A stretch of DNA of 64,000 nucleotides from a virus: positions 14,717-78,716 of the IMG/VR virus record IMGVR_UViG_3300019755_000002, one strand, 5' to 3'. Both the position numbers and the translations under genes were made by a program. Position 1 is the first letter of the stretch. Each line of letters starts with the position of its first letter. The notes under the pieces were generated by a model. That model had not been told where the DNA came from. It did no database searches and worked only from the letters and a program-made list of their open reading frames with translations. This document shows, one piece after another, positions 19,665 through 28,353 of this stretch.

Positions 19665-20153
19665 ATGATGCGTACTAAAATGACGCTCGGGGTTAGTCGT
19701 TCAAAAACAAACACGACGACAGAAACCAAGGCAATAAAACCAGAATTCTCCAAAGAAGATAAAGATGCTTATTACTGGCTAGGTCAGGTTATGGTTGAGT
19801 TGTATCGTCTCAAGTTTAGAATTAAATGGGATAAACCCCTTGCTAAGAACTTTTACAAAAAAGTACGTAAAGTTCTAAGCAAAGACTTTATTTCATCAAA
19901 GAATCTAAACGCCGCTATTAAACATCACGTTAAATCACCTAAATATTTATTGATGTTAAGACCCGGCGTCTTTAGACATGACCTAAAAGGGAAACCCACA
20001 GTGGCGGTCACTGAATTTGAGTCTAAGCATGCCTTAACAGAGTTATACGAGCATCATGGCGCTTTTATGCGCGACCGTAGAAAGCGGAGAAATAAACAAC
20101 CTATTACCTCCACAAGGAAAAATCATGTTACGAAACACAGGCAAACCCAGTGA
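19665..20153 (+). CDS. ProQ/FinO-domain RNA-binding protein
   Basis: 'KPLAKNF...SSKNLNAAIKHHVKSPKYL...GVFRHDLKGKP..AVTEFESKHA' matches the FinO-domain pattern KPL...YL...G..R.DL.G....V....HA. Confidence 0.75.
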   Translation: MMRTKMTLGVSRSKTNTTTETKAIKPEFSKEDKDAYYWLGQVMVELYRLKFRIKWDKPLAKNFYKKVRKVLSKDFISSKNLNAAIKHHVKSPKYLLMLRPGVFRHDLKGKPTVAVTEFESKHALTELYEHHGAFMRDRRKRRNKQPITSTRKNHVTKHRQTQ

Positions 20154-20556
20154 GGATGCTTATGAGTCTTGGGTAGAAGAATGTCACGGACACGTCTACC
20201 GATTTGAAGATGCTTATGATGCTAAGAAAAAAGGCAAGGCGGCATCACGAAAACCCGCCGATTACTTAATAACGTTAGGTGGTGTCAGTTGTTTAACCGA
20301 AGTAAAAAGCACGACAAAAAAATCACTTTCGTTCTCAGCCATTAGGCCAGAACAGTGGCGAAATGCTGTAAAAGTTACTAAAGCTGCGGGTATCTATACC
20401 TTCGTGATGCACTTTATTGACGAAAACAAATGGTTTGCTGTACCAGCCCAGCTATTGATTAATAGCACCAAACAGTCTATAAATATACTTGAAGTCGCAG
20501 AGTACGAATTTGACATAACAAAATTTGAACCAAAGCAACTTTCCTATCTGAAGTAA
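20125..20556 (+). CDS. PD-(D/E)xK Holliday junction resolvase-like nuclease
   Basis: 'PADY...EVKST...IRPEQW'. Confidence 0.7.
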   Translation: MLRNTGKPSEDAYESWVEECHGHVYRFEDAYDAKKKGKAASRKPADYLITLGGVSCLTEVKSTTKKSLSFSAIRPEQWRNAVKVTKAAGIYTFVMHFIDENKWFAVPAQLLINSTKQSINILEVAEYEFDITKFEPKQLSYLK

Positions 20557-20624
20557 TTGGTTGGCTCCAAAGGGAGCCGATTTTATTCAGGTAGATACAA
20601 TTTGGATTGACGATAGGATCACAC

Positions 20625-21704
20625 ATGAAAACATTCATAATGCCCGAGGGCAGCCGAGTTATAAACTTCCCTTTATCTTCTTTAGGGCCAAACTCCACCT
20701 TAGATAAATACCTTCAACATTGCTATATTCTTGGAGACCCACATTTAGGTCGTAAATTCAAAACGGGGGTTCCTATTCATCGTCTTGGTGATCGTGAACA
20801 AGCCGTCAAAGTTGATTTTCAAGAAAGTCTTATTGGCCTTAAACCAGGTAGAAAATTCCACGTTTGTATGGGGGACTTGTTTGATAAGTTTACCGTACCA
20901 AATGAATGGGTAGAATTCGCTTATCAAACATACCGTGAAGCAGCGTTAAAGTTCCCTGCAGTGACGTTCATTGTTATTCAAGGAAACCATGACGCATCAA
21001 AAGATAAATCTAAAGTAAGTTCTTTTGAAATATTCGCTGAGCTTTGTAAGCCAATAAGCAACATTAAAGTGCTAACGGAACACCCAATATTTATCCCACA
21101 CGATCAATTAAACTTTCTATTCGTTCCGTGGACTCCTTTTAAAACAACGTCTGAACTCTTAGCTTTAGAATTTCCACTATTAAACAAAGTTAAAAATTCA
21201 CCCTTTGTAGCTTTCGGCCATTGGGACACAAAAAGCCACGGTGAAGATATTTGTGAGAACATCATCCCTCACGACCATTTTACTCGTGATTGCTGTGACG
21301 GGGTGGTTACTGGTCATTATCATAAACCCGAAAGAACTATGTTAAAGAAAATTGAATTGTTTGTTACTGGGTCAATGCAGCCATACGCACATGGTGAAGA
21401 AGCCGACGACGTAGATAATCCTATGTACGTTACTGACACTAAAGCAAACGTCGAAGCAAAACTTATTGAAGACGAAACCTTTTATAAAAACAAAGTGCTT
21501 AGGGTATTGGTTGAACAAGACGACACACCGTTAGCGGGTATTGATTGCTATGCACTCACCCACAAAAAGACCGCGCCGTTAGGAGAAGAAAACGACGTGG
21601 ACGTGGAAATTGACGACTTTGATATTAAGGGGTTATTCAACAGCGTAATGACAGAAAAAGGCGTTTCCTCTGAACTAACGCAAGAACTATGGGCTAAATT
21701 ATGA
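20625..21704 (+). CDS. Mre11/SbcD-like metallophosphoesterase nuclease
   Basis: 'GDPHLG', 'GDLFD', 'GNHD', 'GHYH'. Confidence 0.88.
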   Translation: MKTFIMPEGSRVINFPLSSLGPNSTLDKYLQHCYILGDPHLGRKFKTGVPIHRLGDREQAVKVDFQESLIGLKPGRKFHVCMGDLFDKFTVPNEWVEFAYQTYREAALKFPAVTFIVIQGNHDASKDKSKVSSFEIFAELCKPISNIKVLTEHPIFIPHDQLNFLFVPWTPFKTTSELLALEFPLLNKVKNSPFVAFGHWDTKSHGEDICENIIPHDHFTRDCCDGVVTGHYHKPERTMLKKIELFVTGSMQPYAHGEEADDVDNPMYVTDTKANVEAKLIEDETFYKNKVLRVLVEQDDTPLAGIDCYALTHKKTAPLGEENDVDVEIDDFDIKGLFNSVMTEKGVSSELTQELWAKL

Positions 21705-23749
21705 TTTCAAAAATTAAATATAAAATTGACTTTAGTAATGGGAAATCTCGAAGTAACGATGCGGAGTTATTAAACGGCAGCACCATGATCACGGGTAAAA
21801 ATGGTCGCGGTAAAAGCCTAAATCTTGAAATGATTGCCTTCACATTATTTGGCACCGTAGCGCTACGTGGAAAAACGGGGGATTACTCAAGAATAAAATC
21901 GCAAATAGATGTTACCATTAAAAATACGCCCTATGTTATTAAGCGTACTAAGAGTGGTGCCGACGTGTTAAATGTCGATGGAGAGCCACTAGCAACGGGT
22001 CATAAAGCCGTTAACGAATGGATAATATCTACATTAGGTTATGGTTATGATGTCTTCCGTATCGCGCATTGGTGCGCTCAAGGAGACATTCAAGCGTTAG
22101 CTAATATGTTACCAACACAGCGTAAGCAAATGATTGATGATGTTGCGGGCTTAACGCAAATGGACGGCCTGATTAAGCTTGTAGGTGAAGAGGCTAAAAT
22201 TTATCGTGCGGGGATTACCGCTGCTGAAAGTGTCTTAATAAAACCCACCAAACCCACCAAACCCGAAGGTCAGAGCGAAGGGGATTTAAACATAGGCCTA
22301 GAACAACTTGAAGTTGAACGTTTAGACTATTTAAAGCTGGAGGCGGAAGTTAATAGCTTACCCCCTTTAGTCGAACCTGTTAGACCAACCGAACCTCAAC
22401 CGTTAACATTACCAGCGCAACCAGAGGAATTAACGGTCGAATTGTTAGAAATTGTACCCGTGACTATTCCAGAAAATTTAGCGGGGCAAGATATTTTTCA
22501 AGTGATTAGGGACTTAAATGAACGACGTCAACAGCTAGAATCCAACCAACGGGATTTATCCGCTATTAAGCAGCAGTTATTGACCGCACCACAGTATATT
22601 GTAGACATGATCCCAGACGTTGCCTTATTAACGCGAGAAGAACTGGAACGTCAGCATGAAGTTTATAAACAAGCGACGTTAAAGAAACAGCTTCTAGACC
22701 AAGGTGACGTTACGTGTCCCAACTGTAATGTCGCACACCCTTTAGCAAGTGACGCACTAAAGGAATACGAGAATGTTGACTTAAACATACTAAACTCAGC
22801 ACCTTTAAGTTTCCAAGACTTTGAACGTTGTCTTAAGTGGAAAGACTTGAATAGTCGCGTAGCAGAATTAGAAGCAACACTACAACCGTTACCAACAATC
22901 TTAATGTTATTAGAGCAATTTGAGCCTATTGCGGCACAATTAAACGCTAACGAAAATGCTGAGAAAACTAATGCGGAAAAAATTGCACAGCAAGCTAAAA
23001 GTAACGAACATAACTATCGCCAATGGCAGAACACTTGCCAAAGCCTTAAGCAAAGCCACGACAATAGTGTGGCGCAGTTTAACGCTAATTTAGAAAACTT
23101 TGCCAAAGCCTGTGAAGCGCATAAAGCCGAGGTAATTAGACAAGAGCAAATAGTTAGCACTTGGCACCAATGGGGAACGGATTTCAAACTAGAGAACCAA
23201 GCGTTAATCTCGGAGGTAAATAAAGCACTTCAAACTTGGGCGACGTATCACACCCTTGTTGATGTTTATAATAAACAGCTAACATCATACGAATTAGCTA
23301 AGAAAAGCATAGATAACGACAAAGCCCTACTTGAAGACCGAAACAAGGCTAAAGCGGCCTTGACGGAAATAAAAGCACGAGTAAAAACGTACATCGTGCC
23401 AAGCCTTAATAAAGTCGCTAGTTATCTACTTAGTGAAATGACAGGCGGTGAGCATAGCAACGTTGTTATTGATGAAAACTTTGAAGTGGACGTGGACGGC
23501 CAACCGCTTAGAACGCTGTCCGGATCGGGAAAAGACATCACAAATTTAGCCATTCGTATTGGTCTTGGAAGAATTCTCACGCATAAAGTTTTACCCGTAA
23601 TGATGTTGGATGAAATTGACGCCGCTATGGACGAAGAACGTGCTCAATATACTTGGGATTGCATACAAAAAATAACGCCCCGAATTGGTCAAGTCCTACA
23701 AGTTAGCCATAAAGATTTACCTGCTCAACATAGAATGGAGGTGGTTTAG
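21701..23749 (+). CDS. Rad50/SbcC-like ATPase
   Basis: 'GKNGRGKS', Q-loop 'AQG', central zinc hook 'CPNC', 'LSGSG', 'LDEID', 'VSH'. Confidence 0.9.
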   Translation: MISKIKYKIDFSNGKSRSNDAELLNGSTMITGKNGRGKSLNLEMIAFTLFGTVALRGKTGDYSRIKSQIDVTIKNTPYVIKRTKSGADVLNVDGEPLATGHKAVNEWIISTLGYGYDVFRIAHWCAQGDIQALANMLPTQRKQMIDDVAGLTQMDGLIKLVGEEAKIYRAGITAAESVLIKPTKPTKPEGQSEGDLNIGLEQLEVERLDYLKLEAEVNSLPPLVEPVRPTEPQPLTLPAQPEELTVELLEIVPVTIPENLAGQDIFQVIRDLNERRQQLESNQRDLSAIKQQLLTAPQYIVDMIPDVALLTREELERQHEVYKQATLKKQLLDQGDVTCPNCNVAHPLASDALKEYENVDLNILNSAPLSFQDFERCLKWKDLNSRVAELEATLQPLPTILMLLEQFEPIAAQLNANENAEKTNAEKIAQQAKSNEHNYRQWQNTCQSLKQSHDNSVAQFNANLENFAKACEAHKAEVIRQEQIVSTWHQWGTDFKLENQALISEVNKALQTWATYHTLVDVYNKQLTSYELAKKSIDNDKALLEDRNKAKAALTEIKARVKTYIVPSLNKVASYLLSEMTGGEHSNVVIDENFEVDVDGQPLRTLSGSGKDITNLAIRIGLGRILTHKVLPVMMLDEIDAAMDEERAQYTWDCIQKITPRIGQVLQVSHKDLPAQHRMEVV

Positions 23750-23750
23750 T

Positions 23751-23993
23751 ATGTTTATTAGTGAAGAATGGTTGACGTTGTTTCTCTTAATGTCAATTTT
23801 GGGGATGCTTTATTTCTTTATCTTAGCCTTTAAGCTCGGCAAGCGGTTAGTTTATTGGGTTTGCTATTGGTATACACATTTTACGTGCAACCATATTTAT
23901 GTACCAGGTAAACACAGTCATAAAGGTTCGGTTTTATTTTGCATAAACTGCTATCGAACTAAAGAAAACAGGAAAGAGGTAAATGGGAGGTAG
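23751..23993 (+). CDS. membrane protein with a small Cys/His cluster
   Basis: TM segment, then C.H...C..C. Confidence 0.55.
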   Translation: MFISEEWLTLFLLMSILGMLYFFILAFKLGKRLVYWVCYWYTHFTCNHIYVPGKHSHKGSVLFCINCYRTKENRKEVNGR

Positions 23994-24243
23994 ACAACAA
24001 ATGAAAACAGGTCTTGCAGCCATTCTTGCCATAGCCGCTAGCGGCGTCTCTGTTCAGCAAGAGATAGAAAACGCCACTCGAAAGTCGAGTAATCGTGTGT
24101 GGAAACCTATAGCCTCAAAAGCCAAGGGGTATTCGTTCAACGACGCTGGGGTGGCTAATAAGCTATCAAGGGTTGGACGTAACGAACCCTGTCCTTGTGG
24201 CTGCGGTAAGAAATTCAAATATTGTACTTTAATTAAGGAATAA
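23983..24243 (+). CDS. SEC-C motif protein
   Basis: '[18 protein letters not shown]'. Confidence 0.85.
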   Translation: MGGRQQMKTGLAAILAIAASGVSVQQEIENATRKSSNRVWKPIASKAKGYSFNDAGVANKLSRVGRNEPCPCGCGKKFKYCTLIKE

Positions 24244-24245
24244 AA

Positions 24246-24404
24246 ATGTTAGAACTTTTGGAATACGTCACTAGCGGTTTTTGGGTTTTCATAGGCTCAA
24301 TAATTATTATACCGTTATTCTTACTTTGTACTGGCTGGGCTATCAATGCCTTACTGCTAGGTTTGTGGGGAAAGAAATGCTCAGACATAGATATTTCACT
24401 TTAA
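24246..24404 (+). CDS. small membrane protein (52 aa)
   Basis: Hand translation MLELLEYVTSGFWVFIG...; AAGGA RBS. Confidence 0.55.
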   Translation: MLELLEYVTSGFWVFIGSIIIIPLFLLCTGWAINALLLGLWGKKCSDIDISL

Positions 24405-24417
24405 GGGGTTGTTAGTG
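24397..24417 (-). mobile_element. half attC site (R''/L'' remnant)
   Basis: Minus strand CACTAAC-AACCC-CTTAAAG has the same spacing as the full sites. Confidence 0.45.
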
Positions 24418-24438
24418 TTTAAATTTAGGAGAACAATT

Positions 24439-24740
24439 ATGGATATGTATGGATTTATTGAAAAAATCAATCGTGAAGTTTTGCACCCTTTGGGTTTGGC
24501 CATGACTAGAAACCCAGAAACGGCAGCAGCGATGGTCTTCTTATTTCGGATGATGGTGAATGGGAGAACGCGCCTGAAATGAAGATAAAAACAGAAGATG
24601 CAATGGAATTAGGCTTTGCAAGAGACAACCGAAAAAGGCGCAGGCAAATGCGTAGGAATGCCCAGGCATTATTTGCGGCTGGTGGTTCTATAATGACTGT
24701 AGCTGCAAAGTGGAATTTAGAGCAAGCAAGAGCCGTATAA
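24439..24740 (+). pseudogene. frameshifted cassette gene
   Basis: MDMYGFIEKINREVLHPLGLAMTRNPET continues as (G)SSDGLLISDDGEWE... only after a 1-nt shift near 24522; that frame stops in the attC core. Confidence 0.6.
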
Positions 24741-24836
24741 CCTTTGCGTTAAGCGGTGAGTGAAAGTTAGTGTGTTTTTGGCTAACTGTAAGGAATCCGA
24801 TGAGCGCAGCGAATGAATTTGAACGCGTTGTTAGAA
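24735..24836 (-). mobile_element. integron attC recombination site 1 (102 bp)
   Basis: Minus strand TTCTAAC-AACGC-GTTCAAA...CTTAAC-GCAAAG-GTTATAC; 5/6-nt spacers, extra base in L'', internal hairpin. Confidence 0.85.
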
Positions 24837-24864
24837 TTGGCGTTAACTAAAAGGTATAATTAAA

Positions 24865-25182
24865 ATGGAACAAGCTTTAGCGGCAGTTTACGCAGAGGGT
24901 GAAAAGGCTTTTCATACTGGTAGTGTGAACCCCTACCCAAACACAGATCAGTACTGGGGTGAATGGACGGCAGGATGGACGGCTGAAAAATTAAAAGCAG
25001 AAAATAAAAACAAGGTAGAAACTATTGAAAATATAGGTCTATCAAAAAACAAACAAAAAGCAATTAAGCAATTTTCGGAAATGATAGCCAAAGATTGTGC
25101 TGAATTGATTGAAACGGTAATAGAAAAACGAGTGAGAATGTACGCTACTCATTTAGCTGAAATAATGCAAAAAGATGATTAG
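24865..25182 (+). CDS. cassette-borne hypothetical protein
   Basis: Lies between attC1 and attC2; N-terminus 'AY.EG..AF...NPY......W..GW' is loosely RMF-like. Confidence 0.7.
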   Translation: MEQALAAVYAEGEKAFHTGSVNPYPNTDQYWGEWTAGWTAEKLKAENKNKVETIENIGLSKNKQKAIKQFSEMIAKDCAELIETVIEKRVRMYATHLAEIMQKDD

Positions 25183-25185
25183 TCA

Positions 25186-25279
25186 TTCTAACCTTTGCGT
25201 TAAGCGGTGAGTGAAAGTTGGGAACCAACTGTAACGAGTCCGACGAATGAAATGAGTGAATTTAAACGCGTTGTTAGTG
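25186..25279 (-). mobile_element. integron attC recombination site 2 (94 bp)
   Basis: Near-identical to attC1; minus strand CACTAAC-AACGC-GTTTAAA...CTTAAC-GCAAAG-GTTAGAA. Confidence 0.85.
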
Positions 25280-25306
25280 ACGCATTACGGGAATACTGGA
25301 GATAAT

Positions 25307-25561
25307 ATGCCAATTACAAAAGAGCAGCTAAAGGAAACTAAAGTTCCTTACTTAATAGTAGCTGACTGTAGAGCAGGAAAGAGAAAAGGACTACCTAAAA
25401 AAGAACAACCTAGCACCGTTGTTGGTTATTCAGTGAATGACCCCCTAGGTGTTGGTGGTGGTATTTTTGACACAAACCCATGTGTTTATTTTAAAAGTGG
25501 TGGATGGGTATTACTAAGCGACTTTGTGAAGAACCACTCTATTGTGAGTAATGCGCACTAA
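25307..25561 (+). CDS. cassette-borne hypothetical protein
   Basis: GGAG RBS before ATG 25307; TAA stop lies in the attC3 core CACTAAC. Confidence 0.7.
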   Translation: MPITKEQLKETKVPYLIVADCRAGKRKGLPKKEQPSTVVGYSVNDPLGVGGGIFDTNPCVYFKSGGWVLLSDFVKNHSIVSNAH

Positions 25562-25613
25562 CCTTTAACTTAAGCGGCAAGCTGTTTTTGTCACGTTGAA
25601 TTATTTGTTATGT
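25556..25613 (-). mobile_element. integron attC recombination site 3 (58 bp)
   Basis: Minus strand ACATAAC-AAATA-ATTCAAC...CTTAAG-TTAAAG-GTTAGTG. Confidence 0.8.
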
Positions 25614-25640
25614 TACCACGAAATAACGGAGATAAATATA

Positions 25641-26327
25641 ATGAAAACGACATACTGTAGTGATCGCGTTGAGCCTGTTGTTAGCTTTGCTGCTACACCA
25701 TTAAATACTGAATCAATGAGGCAGCACAGAGAAAGATGGTTAAACAGGATTCAAGAAGCGGAGAGTAAATTTAACATAATAGAGAATTGCGTTCATGAAA
25801 TACTAAACGACATAGAAGAGGATAAAATAACAACCTTAAAATCTGTTTATGATCGATTACTAATAGCGGTAAAGAAATCAAACTTAACCCCGACACCAGA
25901 AGCTAGAGTCGCAATGATTATTTATAGCGATGAATATGAAAAACAGTGCGGGGGATCAATGGATTTTTTTGATTCGCTAGATGAAGATAGAAAGCACCGA
26001 TGTAAATTGGTGGTGGCAACATTAAATAACCTATCAGCAACGGATAAGAAGGTGTTACTAACCGCTTTAAGAAGCAAGGGTTTTACGAAGAATAAAGTAT
26101 ACGCCGATAGCTTAGAAAAAAAACGTGAGTTTAATTCAGCAATAAAGTTAACGAGTCTAGGTCTTATTAATGGTGAGGTTACTTATGAACATACTAATGG
26201 CTATGCTGTAACTGGGTTTGGTAGAACTTGGGTTGACGGTAAGTCATGGAATAGTTTTAAAGGTGAGTTAACGAAAAAGGGGATCGAGGTGGCAAAAGTC
26301 CTTCTCCCCCACATTAGACCCGTTTAA
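25641..26327 (+). CDS. hypothetical protein (probable cassette-derived fusion)
   Basis: GGAG RBS before ATG 25641; reads through a half attC at 25664-25686. Confidence 0.65.
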   Translation: MKTTYCSDRVEPVVSFAATPLNTESMRQHRERWLNRIQEAESKFNIIENCVHEILNDIEEDKITTLKSVYDRLLIAVKKSNLTPTPEARVAMIIYSDEYEKQCGGSMDFFDSLDEDRKHRCKLVVATLNNLSATDKKVLLTALRSKGFTKNKVYADSLEKKREFNSAIKLTSLGLINGEVTYEHTNGYAVTGFGRTWVDGKSWNSFKGELTKKGIEVAKVLLPHIRPV

Positions 26328-26383
26328 TTTATATCGTGAAAAGACAGAAACAAAATAACAAAATAACAAAATGATATTATTTC

Positions 26384-26412
26384 TTGACCTCAAGACGTCT
26401 TAAAGGTACTTT
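26384..26412 (+). promoter_or_regulatory. sigma70-like promoter with a palindrome in the spacer
   Basis: TTGACC-17-TACTTT; AAGACGTCTT at 26392-26401. Confidence 0.55.
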
Positions 26413-26480
26413 ATGCAGACAAGGAACGACAACAACGTCCTTGTCCTACAAATTAACTGATTGACGATATTGAGGTAACG

Positions 26481-26819
26481 ATGTCCGCGAATAACCACCA
26501 GCGTAGTCCTATACGCTTAGATTTAGTCCCTAATGACTTACTCACACCCGAAGACCTTTTTACCCTAACGGGTTACGAAGACCCAAAGTTTCAAGCCAAA
26601 GTCCTAAAAGAAAACAATATCTTTTACTTAAAAGTTAGACGAAACGAAATCCGTACTACCTGGTATCACATCAACAACCCCATACATTTACGCGTCCCCC
26701 ATTTGGCTCAGGCAGATGGTGGTGTCGGTTGGAATAAGAGTTTCCAACCTCGTGTGGATTCGGTTCCCAAACCAGATGCCACGGATATAGCAAGCACGTT
26801 AGAAGCGTATAATAATTAA
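26481..26819 (+). CDS. DUF4224-like / excisionase-like protein
   Basis: 'LLTPEDLFTLTGY..PKFQAKVLKENNIFY...TTWYHIN'. Confidence 0.7.
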   Translation: MSANNHQRSPIRLDLVPNDLLTPEDLFTLTGYEDPKFQAKVLKENNIFYLKVRRNEIRTTWYHINNPIHLRVPHLAQADGGVGWNKSFQPRVDSVPKPDATDIASTLEAYNN

Positions 26820-26834
26820 CTTTGGATTGACGAT

Positions 26835-27086
26835 ATGAACAACCAGAACACTCTTGGGGTAAACACCAACATGTCCCCACTTCAACAAAGCAAACATCAA
26901 AAATATTGGAGTACAAAACAAGTATGTGAACGATTTGGATATATATCGTCACGCACACTCTCTAGATGGGTCGAGTCCAGAGGATTCCCGCCGTCGGTTA
27001 CACCTGAAGGAGAGGCGAATTTATACTCCATTGAAGCCATCCTCTTGTGGGAAGAAAACTATTTCACCCAACCAGATATAGCCTAA
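26835..27086 (+). CDS. AlpA/excisionase-type HTH protein
   Basis: 'STKQVCERFGYISSRTLSRWVESRGFPP...YSIEAILLWE'. Confidence 0.75.
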   Translation: MNNQNTLGVNTNMSPLQQSKHQKYWSTKQVCERFGYISSRTLSRWVESRGFPPSVTPEGEANLYSIEAILLWEENYFTQPDIA

Positions 27087-27095
27087 GGAATAAGC

Positions 27096-27305
27096 ATGTT
27101 TCTATATCTTCTACAATTTGTGGGTCTATTCCTGTTTCTAGGGCTATCGGGGTCAATGATTATCCTCGGAATTTTAGCCCTAACAAATGCGGGATTTTCA
27201 GAGCCTAATCCGGTACAGAAAGTTTTTGGTTTACTAAGTGTCTGTACAGGTATCTTAGGTTTATACCTTATCTTTAGTTCCATAACATTAACCATTAACC
27301 ATTAA
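27096..27305 (+). CDS. small 2-TM membrane protein
   Basis: Two hydrophobic helices; AAGGA RBS. Confidence 0.55.
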   Translation: MFLYLLQFVGLFLFLGLSGSMIILGILALTNAGFSEPNPVQKVFGLLSVCTGILGLYLIFSSITLTINH

Positions 27306-27420
27306 CTAACGAGAAAATTATGTTAAAAACTCCGTTCAAAGAAACAAGAATAACATATGCCGTAAGACATGCCTTAGCACAACCTGAGTACTACCGACCA
27401 AAATCGGAGGATAAAGACTA

Positions 27421-27693
27421 ATGGCTGACACCGAATCGACACTCATTGAGAGAGGAAAAAATTACGGTCGCTTTCAAAGTGGTGCTACTACCATGCAAAA
27501 CTTAAAAAACGTGATACGTGATAACAAAGGCTATGAACACTTAACCGCACCTCAGCGTGAAGCTCTTGACATGATCTTACACAAAGTAGGTCGTATTGTT
27601 AACGGTAATGCGGAACACGTTGATAGTTGGCACGACATTAGTGGCTATGCTCAATTAATTGAAAATCAAATTAAGGGTATTGGTGAACAATAA
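27421..27693 (+). CDS. conserved phage protein (DUF6378-like)
   Basis: 'ERGKNYG', 'REALDMILHKVGRIVNG', 'DSWHDISGYA'. Confidence 0.75.
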   Translation: MADTESTLIERGKNYGRFQSGATTMQNLKNVIRDNKGYEHLTAPQREALDMILHKVGRIVNGNAEHVDSWHDISGYAQLIENQIKGIGEQ

Positions 27694-27717
27694 TCCGTGA
27701 AATAAAGGTGGTGATAT

Positions 27718-27960
27718 ATGTTAAAAGAAGTAAAACCCGTACCAACCGTTGGTGTAGATACCAAAACGGTACAAGCTTTAGAGTCATTATTAGCCTCGGC
27801 TAAAAAAGGTGACTTAAAGAGCGTTATTTATATCGATCAATACAAAGATGGTAAGTGTGGCCACGGCTGGGCTGGTAAACCTGACAACAACATGCTGGGA
27901 CAAATTGAGGACTGTAAATTCAACATTATATCCCAACGATATTTTACGGTTCAAGAATAA
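27718..27960 (+). CDS. hypothetical protein
   Basis: 80-aa ORF with GGTGGT RBS. Confidence 0.6.
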   Translation: MLKEVKPVPTVGVDTKTVQALESLLASAKKGDLKSVIYIDQYKDGKCGHGWAGKPDNNMLGQIEDCKFNIISQRYFTVQE

Positions 27961-28013
27961 CCTAACCAAGACCTACGTATGTAGGTCTTTTAACTTTAGA
28001 TAGGAATAAAAAT

Positions 28014-28340
28014 ATGTCAAACAGAAAAAGTACGATGGTCGAATTGGTTGATGAACTCAAGAAGTTACCTAAATCCCCCGACATTAACTTCATGATCCAA
28101 GAAGCTTTAGCAGGAGAATACCACGATTATAAGAATGAGAAGTATGTCTGTGGGAAGATGGAAAGCTCTCAACGATTAAGGACATTGGGTTATCCTGACT
28201 TAGCTCAGCGTATTGAGAATGGTGAGTTTGACGAAACGTGCGACGATGATGATAAAGAACGTCTTGCTAAGGAATTAACGGAAAACATGCCGCCAGAACA
28301 AGCACAATCATTAATTAACGCCTTAGGCCTTAACGAATAA
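28014..28340 (+). CDS. hypothetical protein
   Basis: 108-aa ORF with AGGA RBS. Confidence 0.65.
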   Translation: MSNRKSTMVELVDELKKLPKSPDINFMIQEALAGEYHDYKNEKYVCGKMESSQRLRTLGYPDLAQRIENGEFDETCDDDDKERLAKELTENMPPEQAQSLINALGLNE

Positions 28341-28353
28341 TAGGATTGACGAT

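Noticed and set aside
24735-25613. Repeats as a CRISPR array or simple terminators
   Set aside because: The spacers are whole genes, the repeats have attC core and spacer geometry, and no cas genes are present
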